DNA from: Gnetum montanum
Lineage: Eukaryota; Plantae; Gnetophyta
Length of the DNA: 64,000 nucleotides
Direction: 5' to 3'
Assembly (NCBI GenBank): GCA_015680685.1
Contig: MNCI01001841.1
Location: 124,373 to 188,372 of the forward strand
The notes beneath the pieces were generated by a model. That model ran no database searches, was not told the origin of the DNA, and saw only the letters and a program-made list of their open reading frames with translations. This document shows, one piece after another, positions 1-13,098 of the stretch (position 1 is the first letter of the stretch; each line of letters opens with the position of its first letter). Made by a program: the position numbers and the translations under genes.

Positions 1-166
1 GAAGACAACGAACGATTAACCCCAAGTGTTTCTTGTGTTGTTAAGGCATTAGGTCTATGGAGTTCGACCGGATTGCGCGTGCACGCTCGTATTCGTATGG
101 TTGAGTGTAGGGGTACCTCGCCACTCATCAGTGTTGAAGTATGGCCTGGAGCTTCTCCTCTTTGGT

Positions 167-2652
167 CTAAGGGTTCTGTGCCATCCATGCTAGTGTTCCT
201 ATGTTTGACAGAGTCGACACCTCCCATGGACAGGGTAGTTGCGGGAACATCTGGTTGGCTTTGACATACCACGCCACGAACACCTGTCGTTCCTCTTCAT
301 AGGCTTTGGCTTTGTCTTTGTATTCATGAAGATCTATTAGCCATCGAGCCAAGTCGGTTGCAACATCTTTTTGTCCTTGGTAGCTAGCTTTTACCACCTC
401 AAGTTCAGAGTTTGCAACATCTAATTTTTCTACCAACTTCTTGCGTTTTGCAAATTCTGCTTCATATTTGATGTGGGTGGAAGCTATCTGTTGCTCGAGC
501 TCTGACCTTGGGCACCCTACTGTTAACATGGTAAGGTTGGCATATCTAAGGTTTGTCAACTCCATGTATTCTGTCAAGTCTTGGATCTGCAGGTCCCAGT
601 TCTTAACTTCTGCTTGGTGGGCAAAGGTGTAGGTGTCCAATATGGCTCTCCAATCAATGTGTTGAGCACTGATAGTGTTGATTTGAGCCTTGGTCATATG
701 GATCTCCTTCTCTATGATTTCTTTGTACATCCCCACCTGATCACAGAAGTACTCCTTCAACTTCTCATGTCATTTAGCCTCATTCTGCCACGTGCTTATC
801 TCAATTGCTGACTTTTGCAAATAGCACGTACCTCCTCCATTGAGAGGGTTTGATTTTCTCTAGCTAAATGACTTACATCTTGGTTGACCCGAATGAATTG
901 TTTTCGTAGTTGATGAAAGTGTTCATCGAGAACGTTCTTCTGTTTCTCTACAGTGGCCAACTGAAAATTGTCTGCAACCAACTGCTTGTTTTCTTCTTCT
1001 AAGACCTTGAGTGCCTTAAGATGCACATGGGTTTGTTCCTGTGATGCGGAGGCATCCCAAACAGCTGTCTCCTTTTCTTCTACCACCTTTTTATTCTTTG
1101 CTATTAATTTTGTTAGTTGCTTGGTTCTAAAGTTTTCTAGCTGGTCTGCGGGAACAAATTGTAAAGGATCCCATTGTGCTGCTTGTAAGGCCATGATCTG
1201 CTCTTGTAGTTTCTGCACTTCAGCTTCAACATACTCGGCCCTCACTTCAGATATGATCAGCTTCCCCTTTGTGGAAATGAGGTCTGACTAAATTGCTGTT
1301 ACATCTAGAGGGATGTCAAATAGGGATGTCATTACTTGCCCTGTTTGGGGCAATCTATCGAGCACGTCCTCATGTTCTACATGAGTCATTGAGGTTCCAG
1401 CCAGAGTTTGAGCATCCCGTGCTCCTGAGAGATCTGTCGGTGGCATAACAGGTACATTTAAAGATTCTTTGATGTAACCTGCGACCACTTCTGCAGCTCC
1501 CATTGCATTCTGGTGTTACATGACCACCACAATGGCCCCTTCACCAGTCTCTAACNGTGGGAGCTGCAGAAGTGGTCGCAGGTTACATCAAAGAATCTTT
1601 CAATGTACCTGTTATGCCACCGACAGATCTCTCAGGAGCACGGGATGCTCAAACTCTGGCTGGAACCTCAATGACTCATGTAGAACATGAGGACGTGCTC
1701 GATAGATTGCCCCAAACAGGGCAAGTAATGACATCCCTATTTGACATCCCTCTAGATGTAACAGCAATTTAGTCAGACCTCATTNCTGGGCTTTCCAGAG
1801 GACGTCATTGGTGTATCCCCAGATACCAGCATGTTGGCAAAGCTTTCTAATAACACAAGGAAAAGGCAACGCCCTCTTCTCTGTCTTTCGTTCCTCGAAC
1901 CACCTTAGGATCTCCGTCAAATATAGATGGGGTAGGTTAGCATTAACTTTTCCCATTAGCACTGCACATCCTCTAGCCGCATACGTTGATATTCTTTTTA
2001 AGCCTTTTGTGGGGAAGAGGTGAGATGTCCCAATTTTGAAATAAACTCTCTCTTCCATCGTTAATTCTCCAAATGCTTTGTCTCTGCCATAAGCCTTCTC
2101 TAACCAATCCTTTTGCACATCAGGGTCTGAACGGGTAGATAACCGAGCAACTTGGGGCCCTGAGTTCAGAAGGTTTAACACTTCCGAAATTGCTTGTGCA
2201 AAGAAGTCAACTATCACACCACAAATATTAACTGTGGTGCCCTGCTCCCTATTGTGCCAAAACTGGTACGTTTCTCCTAGTTACTAGGAACCGCTTTCAA
2301 AGAGGATAGGCCAAAAGGGAGACCCTTTGAGGTGATCCCTAATAGCCTTAGGAGCGAACTCTACAAAATATTTGAAGTTTAACTCCACAATTATAGCAGC
2401 AAATGTGGAATTCTCATAGATAGCCTGAACATATTCCGGGGGCAATGTGAGTTGTTGTCCATGTTCAAGTGCAGCAGCAGCTCCTCCTTCTACCTGCCCA
2501 AACCATCTGGTAGGAGGTTCATCTTGATGGATGCTAAATGATTACTCCTCTTGTTCTGCTTATTGTCTGGTAAGACCTTGTCTTCCACCTCTTCTAGCTT
2601 GTTTGCTTCCACCTTGGGTAGGACCCTCCTGTTGTGCATGTTTTGGGGCCAT
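167..2652 (-). pseudogene. Athila env-like/extra ORF: MAPK start, plant-transposon-protein-like domain, long coiled-coil C-terminus; disrupted
   Basis: Manual translation from ATG 2652: MAPKHAQQ...ELNFKYFVEFAPKAIRDHLKGSPFWPILF...NLPHLYLTEILRWF...LPFPCVIRKLC. It continues into heptad-rich ORFs 796-1245 and 167-760. In-frame stops, a frameshift near 780 and an assembly artefact at 1556-1785 interrupt it. Confidence 0.75.
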
Positions 2653-2906
2653 TTGCAATCACATGGGCCAAGCATTCGTAAGGTTGTTTTTAGAGTTAAG
2701 TTATACCTTACTACTTGCCTTAGTTAAAGATCTTATGTTATCACATGTGATAGTACCAAAAAGTTTATAATAATGAGTCCTGTGACTTAGGTGGTTTCCA
2801 TTTTTAATTTCCCGATATACCTAAGGGTTAAATGATTTTTAGGCACAATTATTCTAAGTGTTAATGATAAATTTCAAAAAAGTTAGGCACTTTTCGACAA
2901 GTGTCT

Positions 2907-2924
2907 CTCCCCCATGACTAAGTT
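2907..2924 (-). promoter_or_regulatory. Internal polypurine-tract-like motif upstream of ORF2
   Basis: Minus strand AACTTAGTCATGGGGGAG; a similar motif lies at 48205-48220 in element B. Athila elements are known to carry a second PPT. Confidence 0.45.
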
Positions 2925-4312
2925 GAACACTCTAGGTTCAAACAGATTCAAACGAAATTAAAATCGGAGTACCAGCAAGTGAGATATAGTGAGAAAAGCA
3001 AGGGTCATGCAATCGCAAGTCGCAGAGAAAAATTTCAAAANNNNNNNNNNNNNNNNNNNNNNNNNNNNNNNNNNNNNNNNNNNNNNNNNNNNNNNNNNNN
3101 NNNNNNNNNNNNNNNNNNNNNNNNNNNNNNNNNNNNNNNNNNNNNNNNNNNNNNNNNNNNNNNNNNNNNNNNNNNNNNNNNNNNNNNNNNNNNNNNNNNA
3201 TTAATGATAATGATGTGAACTTTAGCAATAAAAACTTGGCGGTTAAGAAAAAGGGTATATAATGGTACATTGGAACATTTGAAATTATAAAGGGATAATA
3301 GTAGGGAAAGAAAATCAATTGAAAAATTAAGCTGAGGGTAAGAAATTGTGTGTGTGCTAGAGAAGCAGTGAAGATCACAACAAAAATTACACAAGTGGGT
3401 CCTCCCCAAAGCAGGTTCCAACCTATAATGCCCTTGTGTAACCACACTTAAAGTCTCCGTGGGTACTAGAAGGGTTAAATGTAATCCGCACTAACTCCAC
3501 AAAACACACACATGTAGATATCACCAGAATGAGATGAAAATTCTATGCTACATAGGTCACAAGCTACAATTACCTGAACAGTGAGATGAGACAAACTATC
3601 GAAAGGGATCGTAGAGATTGGGACATGAGGTAACTGACCTAGGGCACAATGAATCCTGTGTGTAAAGCATGATTAAGGTGTCATTAACCCGTCGTTCCAA
3701 GATCAGGACCAAGTCCATCCTTCTAATTAGTCACATCGCATTGCTTCATCCCATGATGAACAACTATGAGAGTACCATAACAACAAGGCGTACGATCACT
3801 TGGCATTTTATGCAAGGGAGGAGTGACTTTCGTTTTATGGCACTTTCTTTTCTTTTTTTCTCTTCTATTTTTTGAATATTGAATCTAGAGAATCCACCAA
3901 CCTTCAGGCATGGATGCATGTCTTTCCAGTGGGACCCCCTAGCACAACATTAATTTTTGAGTGCCCTTTTTGATTACTCTTACTCCCATTTTTCATTAGA
4001 TCTACAAGGATCTTAGTACAACCACGTTAAATAATAACACCCATAGTCGTAACCAAAGAGAATCTGCAAGTCCCCTTGATGTCACACCCTAAACACCCTA
4101 ATCATTCCCTCTTGGTCCATCCTTTTTCATTCCAGGTACAATGAACACAAAATTAATTTTAAGTTTTAAAAATGTCAATAATACCACTGTACCCTCNNNN
4201 NNNNNNNNNNNNNNNNATAAAAAGATAAAACAAAAAGTTGAAAAATAAAAAACTGAAAAACAAAAATTTGTAAAATTAAAGAAAATTGAAAAATATTTAT
4301 TAACCCTGCTTG

Positions 4313-6283
4313 TTAGTAAAATGGGGGATATCCCCCATAACTAAACAGTTGAGTATGGCAAGGATTAATAAATGAAGGATGAGGATCCTTGCATGTTGGC
4401 AGTATTGGGGCCCGGTCATACTTATCCCATCGGGGTTCACACACTTGATTATAGTAAGCATAGTGAGGCACTTTATAAGATGTAGTTCCCGGATCACGAG
4501 TTGACCCACTATGATGTTTGTGACCGTTAGATGGTATGCAAGGATTGGGTTGATGCCTCCCATGGTTGTGTTCATTGGGCCGTATGGTTGTTGGAGTGTT
4601 AGTTAGTGGCCCTGATGAAGTTACATGAGACGTTGGGTTCAAAGGTAAGGGTGCACCACAGTGTGGGACTTGTGCTGAGTTGTAGGATGCAATGGCCTCG
4701 AAATTGTTTTGTCCCTTCTTACAGCCGTGTTTAAAGAAGGGGTGCTTTTGATCTTGAGGAGGCTTTTCACTGGCACAAGTAGTGTTCGTGGGTTGTTGCT
4801 GTGGTGCAGGTACCTTAGGAAAAGTTGGTGGCACTGAGGAAGGAGGGAAAGGATGAGAATGTTGAAAGTTAGGAGGAGTATAAGATGCATAAGGTGGCGG
4901 TTGTATTGGAGGTATGGGTTGATAATCTTGTGGAGAATAGTACTGTGGTGCGATAGAGTATGGTGGCCTAGCTGGAGAAACAGGATGTTGAACTTGATAA
5001 GCGTTTAGATTTGGATAATATGAAGGGTGCCTCCAATCTAAGGGTGGTCTCCCCCATGACTGGGATTGTTGCCACTGTGATCGAACACAGTACCTCTGTA
5101 TGAACTCTGGATGTAACGTGTTTTCCCAATGCTTATGTAAATGTAACATTATTGGGCATTGGCCCTTGGGGTGATCATACAAGCATATGTTGCATCCATA
5201 CATATGATTGGCAGTTGAGCGCTTATTCCCTTCATTCTTTTTCTCCGAATGTCTAATGTTTTGTCCTGCTTCTTGGGTTGTCAAGACTCTATCCCCAATA
5301 TTGTTGATAAATTCTCCACACTTTTGATACATCCATTCCAACATCTTATTGATCTTTGCCTCGGCTTCTTCTAATGATTGTTGTATTAGCAAAGATGATG
5401 TTTCCACCTTGAGATTGGTTGATTTCTCCTTTGTATAATCATGGACCTTTGTTGAGTTAATATTTTGGTCCCATTGATGTTTTTCAACACTCTCCCATCT
5501 AGCCAATTCTCCTTCTTCTTTTGCTACCTACTTAATAAGCTCTTGAATTTGATGGGTTTGTAGATCATATAGTTGACCTTGGGCATACATTCCTAAGGTC
5601 TCTCTTGTTTCATTACGTAGCACATCAATGACATGGTACATTAGCCTTTCCTCGGAAAATCCATGGCTTGGATAGTTGTTTAACAGTGCATAATATCTTT
5701 CTAAGGCCATGTCAAAGGGTTCATGTTGTGCTTGTTTCCATCCTTGGATTTGTTTCCTCAAGGCTAACACTCTTGCGTAGGTTTGATATTTCTCATTAAA
5801 AAGTTCTACCATTGTTGACCAACGTCATATTGAATTTGGTTTTAACAATCGGTACCATACTTTTGCTTGGTCAACAAGTGTCATAGGAAAGAGCTTAAGT
5901 TTTTGCCATCTGTTATCAATGTTATTCCATGTGCAGGAATCGTAGAAGGCTTGTAAATGTTGATGTGGATCTAAGTCATAGCCTCCTAAAAATTTAGGAA
6001 AGTTGTTTAAATCGAGCCTAGGTAGACGGCTCTCTTTACGATGCCTACGTGAGATTCGAACAGCCTCCTGTATTTGCATTAAACTTGTAGTGGCCAGTGG
6101 GGGTTCATCGTCATCGGGTAAGTTAGGATTTTGTGTGTTGGGATGATGTTGCTTTCGTTCATGTTTATAAGAAACTCCCACTTCAGGTTGTATACTCCAA
6201 TCTTCATCGTCATAGAGTTCGTTGGTTCTCCAATGAACTTCCTCACTAAGTGTGGCATTATGATAATCTTGTAGGAGAGGCAT
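4313..6283 (-). pseudogene. gag: Retrotransposon Gag (capsid-like domain, CX2CX3HX4C knuckle, P/Q-rich tail); single frame with two internal stops
   Basis: ORFs 5825-6283, 5528-5812 and 4313-5506 share one frame and are separated only by TGA (5825) and TAG (5528). Motifs: DPHQHLQAF, KLKLFPMTLVDQAKVWY, CNICLYDHPKGQC. Confidence 0.85.
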
Positions 6284-6405
6284 GGTTGTAAAGTTGTGTG
6301 TGAATTTGGATGTGACTTTTTATAATTCCTTCTTTCTAAGAGATATATCGTTAAGTCCTTTACAATGAACTTGTATGATATAACTAATCTTGATAACTAG
6401 CACCG

Positions 6406-6423
6406 TCCCCGGCAATGGCGCCA
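6406..6423 (-). promoter_or_regulatory. Primer-binding site (Athila-type, tRNA-Asp-like)
   Basis: Minus strand TGGCGCCATTGCCGGGGA, 1 nt from the LTR end. Confidence 0.85.
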
Positions 6424-6424
6424 A

Positions 6425-7227
6425 TGATGAGTGGCGAGGTACCCCTACACTCAACCATACGAATACGAGCGTTTTCACGCGTGATCCGGTTGAACTCCGC
6501 AAACAGACTAGTTGTGGCACCTAGACAGTTATCCTTAGGTCACAGTTTGATGTCTTCCCACCTAGACTAGTATTAGCTTTGTCACGTATGGTTTAGTCCA
6601 GAGTGAGGTGTATGATGTGTTCCTAATTCTAACGCTACTCCTGAAGGCAATGGAAAATAATATTAACTAAGTTAAGCTAGGAGGGAGAGGGTAAGAGAAT
6701 CTAATCTAGCCTAAGTGCGATAAGCATCCGTTCCTTGATCATCTGTACATATCTTGGACTTCGTGCACAACTACCACTAGGATTACCAAGTGCAGATCCT
6801 AGGTATGCCACTAGGTTACCAAGTAGTTACACTTAAATGCTCATAATCAAGTCGTACTCATTTTGCGGTCTAGGAGATAAGGGTGAAAAAGATTAATTAT
6901 GAAAGCAGTAAATAACAAATAAATAAATAAATAAATAACAAAGTGAATGCTGCAATGATGAAGTAATCTCGATCTTTATTGCCGGTCATGTGCGTGTCCA
7001 AGTACGTCACACTCAAATAAAGGATGTCGTACAATTACATCCACCACACTACGGGCAAACATTGGAAAATAATCTATCTCTAGAGGGATCAAACTACCAG
7101 AGCTTCACTACAATCTAACTCCTAATGATGAACAAGGGAGATCCGCTTTTTATTTATAGACATTGCGACTAACTGCGATATCGCGTACGCAATATTGCAG
7201 GGGAAGACACGATATTGCTTTCCATCA
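6425..7227 (-). repeat. 5' LTR of element A (~803 bp)
   Basis: TGATG at 6425 and CATCA ending at 7227 form terminal inverted repeats; adjacent PBS; similar to the LTRs of element B; TATA-like TATAAATA on the minus strand near 7155. Confidence 0.8.
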
Positions 7228-9373
7228 GAATTGAAAGTCAAAAATGGATTCAACTCCCCTAAAAAGAGCACATTTGTAGGTAGTGCATATTAGTAGCCCT
7301 TGAAGATAAGTTATATGTTTTTCTTTCTCATGTTATGACTATCTATTTGAGATACCGTTATAATGTTACAACAAGAAGCCTATACCATTTATTTTTTATG
7401 GTCTCATTGGTGCTTGGTTAATTTGTAGAGTCTATCTTTATTTTTCATGAAAGTGTAATATATGTTCAATAGATCATATGGGTCTTCAGATGTAATAAAG
7501 CTTCATTTCATTTCTTTTCAAAAATATGATGGAAATGTAACTATAGGTAATGAGAAGAAGTTAACCATTACCAGGATTGGATTGTACAATAAATCGAGCT
7601 AACAAATATGTTATTTTCTAGATCTATTTTATTTTGGACCTTTTACAGAATTTATTAAGTATAGGGCAATTATGTCTCAATGGGTATTGTATTAAATTTG
7701 AAAAAGATGTTGGTAATATTTCTAAGGCTAGTGATGATAAAGGTATTTCCATTATCCCCATTTGTAAGAATCAAATGTTTAAGTTGTAGATGTAAAAAGA
7801 TGGTCATTATCACATTGTCACAAATGACACCGCATGGCTATGGCATGCAAGGTTAGGATATGTCAACTTTGACTCTTTGAACCGCATATAGATTATGACA
7901 TATGTCAATAAGGAAAAATTACAAAGTTGCCTTTTTCCAGGAAAGAACACAAATCTCAATCAAAATTAGATCTTGTGTATATGGATTTATGTGATCCTAT
8001 GCAAATATTATGCTTAGGAAAAAGTAGATATATGTTAGTGGATGATTTTTCAAGATTTGCTTGGGGATATTTTTTTAAAGAATTCAAGGTTGAGGTAGAA
8101 AATCAAAGTTGCAATATAATTAAAAAGATCCGGAAAAATCGTGGTGGTGAATTTTTATAAATTGATTTTGATGAATATTATAAAAAATATAAAATTATTC
8201 ATCAAACTACCACATCATTTACACCCCAACAAAATGGGATAGCCAAAAGGAGAAATAAAATAGCGATTAAAATAACAAGATGCTTATTACAAATGTTTAA
8301 ATTAGAAATTATTTTTTGGGAAGTATGTGCAATATCAATTTATACTTTTAAATAGGATGCCATCAAGATCAATTCAAAATAATCCACCAAGCATATCTCA
8401 TCTAAGAATTCTTAGTTTAAAATGCTATATTCGAATTCCAATACAAAATAGATAAAAATAAAAAGGGAAGGCAATGTATTTTGATTGGATATCGTGCAAA
8501 TTCCTGGGGATGTAGATGCTATGATTCCGAAAACAAAGAGTTGTTGGAATTACGTGATGTCTTTTTGATTGAAAATGGAACATGGCACTCAAAGTTTACA
8601 GGAAATATTTTTAACAATACAGCATGGACAGATCAAGTTGTTACGTTGTCTCAACTCATAAGTATTGCACATGATCAGCCTCCTTCACCTGTTAGAACCA
8701 GCACCACCAGCATCCCGTCTCCTGCTCCTATTCGTAGTCTATTACAAGGACCTGCTGATATTGGTACAGCACTACATTCTTCCAAATACCACTATCACAT
8801 CAAAATATTTCGCTTTCTGTAGCAAATAAATCTTTCACCGAATTTGGTCAAACTCCATTGGTTGATGCTTACAAATTTGTAGGATCTCTTCCTAAAAAAT
8901 TAAGGTATGTTTCAGTTCTCTTTCGTGGTTAATCCGTTGGTAACGCAAGCTTATTCCTCCGCATCTGATCACAATTGGCATTCGGCTATCCCCTCCAACA
9001 CAGCAAACAAAAACCAGAATATTACATCGTGAAATAATTTATCTGTAGCAACACCTTTCCGTTTTGAGGTGGCACCCTAGTTTCCTTCATCAAGCTTTAC
9101 TCCGCAAAATTTTGATTTTTCTAATCTTGGCCATACTTTTTCTGCGAATATCACTCTTCTCATTGCCGTTTTCAACATAGCAATATCATTCTAGTATTGA
9201 TTCCCCGCAGTCTCATTCCACCTCTGATGCACCTACTTTCACTTCGGTTTTCCCTATTCTTTCTGGGTCAGCCGTAGATTTTACCAACACCCTCTCTCTT
9301 CCTTCATCCATAGCCAGTTCTACGACTTTGTCACAAGCCTCACTTCTGTCATGCCTTCCGTTCAACTCCTGAC

Positions 9374-9495
9374 TGGATTTTTATTACCCAGCCGCCAATA
9401 TGCTGGATTTCAAATTTACATGGTGCAGGACCCATGGATTTTTATCACCCAGTCTCTAATATGCTGGATTTCAACTATACATGGTGCAGGACCCA
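9374..9495 (+). repeat. 61-bp tandem duplication within the copia INT-RT spacer
   Basis: Two diverged copies of TGGATTTTTATYACCCAG...ATGGTGCAGGACCCA starting at 9374 and 9435. Confidence 0.8.
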
Positions 9496-11406
9496 CGGTC
9501 AATCTAAGTAGACCAATAACTGCACAGCTCAGGATGTGGACCCTTGTTAGGAAACTCATCCAGTTTCTGCAAGTACTCGTGGAGTCTCAAACTCGTGACT
9601 CATGAGCTGGATCAGAAATCTATATATTTTGAAAGGGTCAAAGAGGTAAAATTTCAAATTTCAACAAGTTCTTTTTACTGTTCTGGGAGTTTGTTGAGTA
9701 ACTCACCAACTCCAAGTTTATTTTGATGAAAATGAGTCACTTGCAAAGTCTGAGTCTGGTAACATTGGACCCAACGATAATTGCTCTGTTCATGGCTGCC
9801 ATGAATGATGAATTTGTTGCATTGCTTATGCTGATGGAGAGACCAAAAATGGTTTGGTAGAACCATCCATAGTCATGCTAGATGAATGCTAGATTCATGC
9901 CATGGAGAAAAAGCTACAATAATTTTAGAAAAACAATACATGGAGCCTTGTTTCTTATCCACCTAGTAAGCCAATCATTGATTTAAAATGGCTATTTAAA
10001 ATCAAAATAAATCAACATGGTCAATTTGACAAATTCAAAGCTCACTTTGTTAACAGCTTTGACAAATTTGCCAAGGCTACCCACAATAAGAAGGATGAGA
10101 TTTTGATAACAGCTTTACACTTTGTTTCACAAATGGAATCCATGAGAATTTTTCATACTATTGCTACTCAAGCTGGCGATGCAATTTATCAACTAGATGT
10201 GGCTTCTACATTTCTCAATAGCTATCTTAATGAAGAATTTTATGTGGAACAACCCCCAGGTTTCATTGATGAAAGCAAAAAAGATCATGTCTATAGGCTT
10301 CATAAAGCATTATATGGATTCAAGCAAGCTCCATGTGCTTTGTACACTAGGATTCATGCATTCTTCATGCAAGCAAGCTTCATAAGTCGTTAATCCCAAA
10401 CAACTATATATAACAAGGTATTTGGTGATGATTATATTTTTGTTTCCTTATACATAGATGATTTAATGATTTATTCTATTTCTCATTTACAATTGCACTA
10501 AGAAATACTTTTCTTAGTGTTATGCAAAATGAATTTGAAATGTCTAACCTAGGAACAATGTCATATTTTTTGGGCTTCCAAGTTGTTCAAAGACACAAAT
10601 CCATTTTCATTTGCCAAATGAAATTTGCCCAATCCTCGATAAATTTGGCATGACTAATTGTAATCCCTCTAATACGCTACTCTTCCTTGGTACCAAACTT
10701 GCCAAGGATAATACATCTTCATCCATCAATTCCTCATTATATTGATTCCTTGTTGGTAGCCTCATGTATCTTTCCAATACCTATCTAGACATTCAATTTG
10801 CTATAAATTATCTCTTCTAATTCATGCAAGATCCACATGAAATACACTGGAAAGTTACAAAGTAGGTTCTACGATACCTGAGAACTACAATAAATTATGG
10901 GATTGCATTTCATCAACATGAAAAGTTCAAGATATGGGGATATACTAATGTGGACTAGGGAGATGACCTTCAAAATCGTAAATCAACTTCAAGATTTTGT
11001 TTTTTCATTGGTCCTTCTCTCATCTCTTGGGGATCCAACAAGAAAATTACAGTTGCTCTCCCCACAATTGAGGTTGAATAAGTTGTTGCATCTACTACCA
11101 CTACACAAGTCATATGCATCCACTCCATCTTCCTAAATATGGAATATACTTTAGATTCTTCCATTTGTTTATATTGTGATAGTACATGTGCTATTGTAAT
11201 GGCTCATAATCTCATGCATCATGGACAATCTAAACATATTGATATTAAGCATCATTATCTCAAAAGCTTAATTCAAGAAAAAAAACTTAGCTTAGTAGAT
11301 TGTGGGACTAAAGCTCAAATGACATATATTTTTACCAAGATCTTGAACTATCAAAAGTTTGAATCTTTCAAAGACTTCCTTGATGTGAAATCTCTTACCA
11401 TCATAC

Positions 11407-11419
11407 AGGGGAGGGGGGG
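11407..11419 (+). promoter_or_regulatory. Copia polypurine tract
   Basis: AGGGGAGGGGGGG after RNase H, followed by TG at 11422. Confidence 0.8.
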
Positions 11420-11421
11420 TT

Positions 11422-11790
11422 TGTGGAATATGATGATTAGATGTTCCACAAAAGAATTAGAGAGATCTCATCTTTAAATCCATATTAAATAAGATGGGAT
11501 CCTATATTTGTATTTTCTATCCATTCTTATAATTAGCTCATTCTCTATTTAGAAGATTCTTAACTGATATGATAGGAATCATTCCCATGATTTTCTAGAT
11601 TCATGCTTATCTCTTCAAATCTATTCTTGGGAGATTAGGCCCTATATAATTGTAGCAGTAAATGATCATTAGCAAGAGAGTTTTAAAAACTATGTATGTG
11701 TGTGTTCTAACTAGGTTCTTCATTTCTCCTTAGCTTAGTTCATAGATCTAGGGTTCTTTAGGTGTTTTCATTTCTTTGATGATTTGGAAA
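11422..11790 (+). repeat. Probable copia 3' LTR (right end uncertain)
   Basis: Starts TGTGGAA right after the PPT; CCTATATAA TATA-like motif at 11641; 3' CA terminus not identified with certainty. Confidence 0.5.
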
Positions 11791-13090
11791 GGTATTAGAT
11801 CTATTTTTTCATTTCAATTATTTCAACTTTCTTATATTAACTTGGAGATCTAGTTGGGTTTTTAGTTTCTTGGCTACTAGAATATCATTAATTGTTAGAT
11901 TTGGTAGGGTTCTTATAGTGTTTGAGGCATGGTGCTTAACAATTCTAGATGAGAGAGAAGAATAGTAACAAAAATGTAGACCATAGGTCACATTAATGCT
12001 ACCAATAGTATTTATGAGATGCATTGCATTTATATTGGATGCTTCAATTGAAGGCCACAAGTTATGGTTAGGTGGTGTAGCCTAACAATGACACCAAAAA
12101 GGCCAACAATGAACTCACAATGACAAATGCAGGTTGCAGTAGGGTCATGCTCAATAATAAAATATATATATATTGCAAATCACAACAAGCTTGCAACTAA
12201 GCTATAATGGGAGAACTAAGTGTAATATGAGTCCTAGTAAACACATGATGGGATGACATGAACTCTAGAAATTAGATTAAAGGCTGTAAAGAATACAAAG
12301 GTTATAAGCAACATTATCACTTCAATGATAGGGTAGCCTTAGTATGGTATAAAACATGTGCAAGATTAAGTTAGGAACCTTAGAAATTGACATGTGCATG
12401 TAGTTCTTAAACAAGTTTTTAATGAGTTCTTGGACATATTTACGTTGAAAAATTTTCTAGCTGAGACTTAAACCTAGTTAGTCTATGAAAAGGACAAACT
12501 TAAGGCTCAAGGCTATAGTTAGTAGGTTACCTAGCTAGAAAGAGTAGTGGGGATTATTATGGTGGCTCCTATCATGTAATTTATGCTTTGATGATCTTCC
12601 TACTTAAGCTATAAGAAATTGTAAGTTTGGAGGTTACTTGGTAGCACAATTACATAGACATTATTAATGGAGATTAACTTATGATGTTGATTCAAGATGT
12701 GTAACATTAAGAAGGTTGCAAGTAGATAAGATCATTATTGCTACCCTATCAACGATAGAACTAGTATATTAACCTATTGAAGTTTCATTGTCATGGGTAG
12801 TCAACTTGGACTTAACTTAATTTTACACTAAATACCTAAAATACTTATCTAGTAAGATTTTCCTTTGACAAATTTTTGATGTGTACTAACAATTTGTTAC
12901 AATATGTTAGCTTACACCAATCATGCTTTTCAAGGGACAATAAGGAGGATTTAGCTATTTGGAGAGTCTTGACTCTTCCTATATGGATGTTGAATGTATA
13001 CAAAAGGCAAGATAGTAATCTAGCTATGTAGTCACTTGGATGAAGACTACATATGATTTTTTGTTTAGTATTATTCATGAAATATAATAG
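11791..13090 (+). mobile_element. Highly degraded Gypsy (chromovirus-like) gag/protease remnant
   Basis: GGTATTAGATC resembles a tRNA-Met PBS; fragmentary peptides (DRVALVWY, FLNKF, VVGIIMV, protease-like NLIL) without an open frame. Confidence 0.3.
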
Positions 13091-13098
13091 TGGGATGT

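Larger units (their letters stand above)
1..7227 (-). mobile_element. Element A: Athila-type Ty3/gypsy retrotransposon without pol (5' LTR, PBS, gag, spacer, env-like ORF); 3' LTR lies left of the window
   Basis: LTR with TGATG...CATCA termini; Athila-type PBS TGGCGCCATTGCCGGGGA; retrotransposon gag with zinc knuckle; spacer and ORF2 homologous to element B; no PR, RT, RH or INT between gag and ORF2. Confidence 0.85.
7228..11800 (+). mobile_element. Degraded Ty1/copia retrotransposon, 3' part (protease, GAG-pre-integrase, integrase, RT, RNase H, PPT, 3' LTR)
   Basis: WLWHARLGYVNF (~7835); LDLVYMDLCDPM and VDDFSRFAW; TPQQNG; RT motifs QLDVASTFLN, LHKALYGFKQAP and LYIDD; RH motifs CDSTCAI and HGQSKHIDIKHH. 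INT precedes RT. Many stops and frameshifts. Confidence 0.9.

Noticed and set aside
1276-1785. 228-bp near-perfect inverted duplication (1276-1503 versus 1557-1784) giving twin 71-aa ORFs; looks like a hairpin or siRNA locus
   Set aside because: The second copy is bounded by single Ns (1556, 1785) and interrupts a continuous ORF; most likely a mis-oriented small contig placed in a scaffold gap.
5528-5827. In-frame stops in the gag of A as programmed readthrough sites
   Set aside because: They fall inside the capsid-like domain and are simply explained by CGA-to-TGA and CAG-to-TAG mutations.
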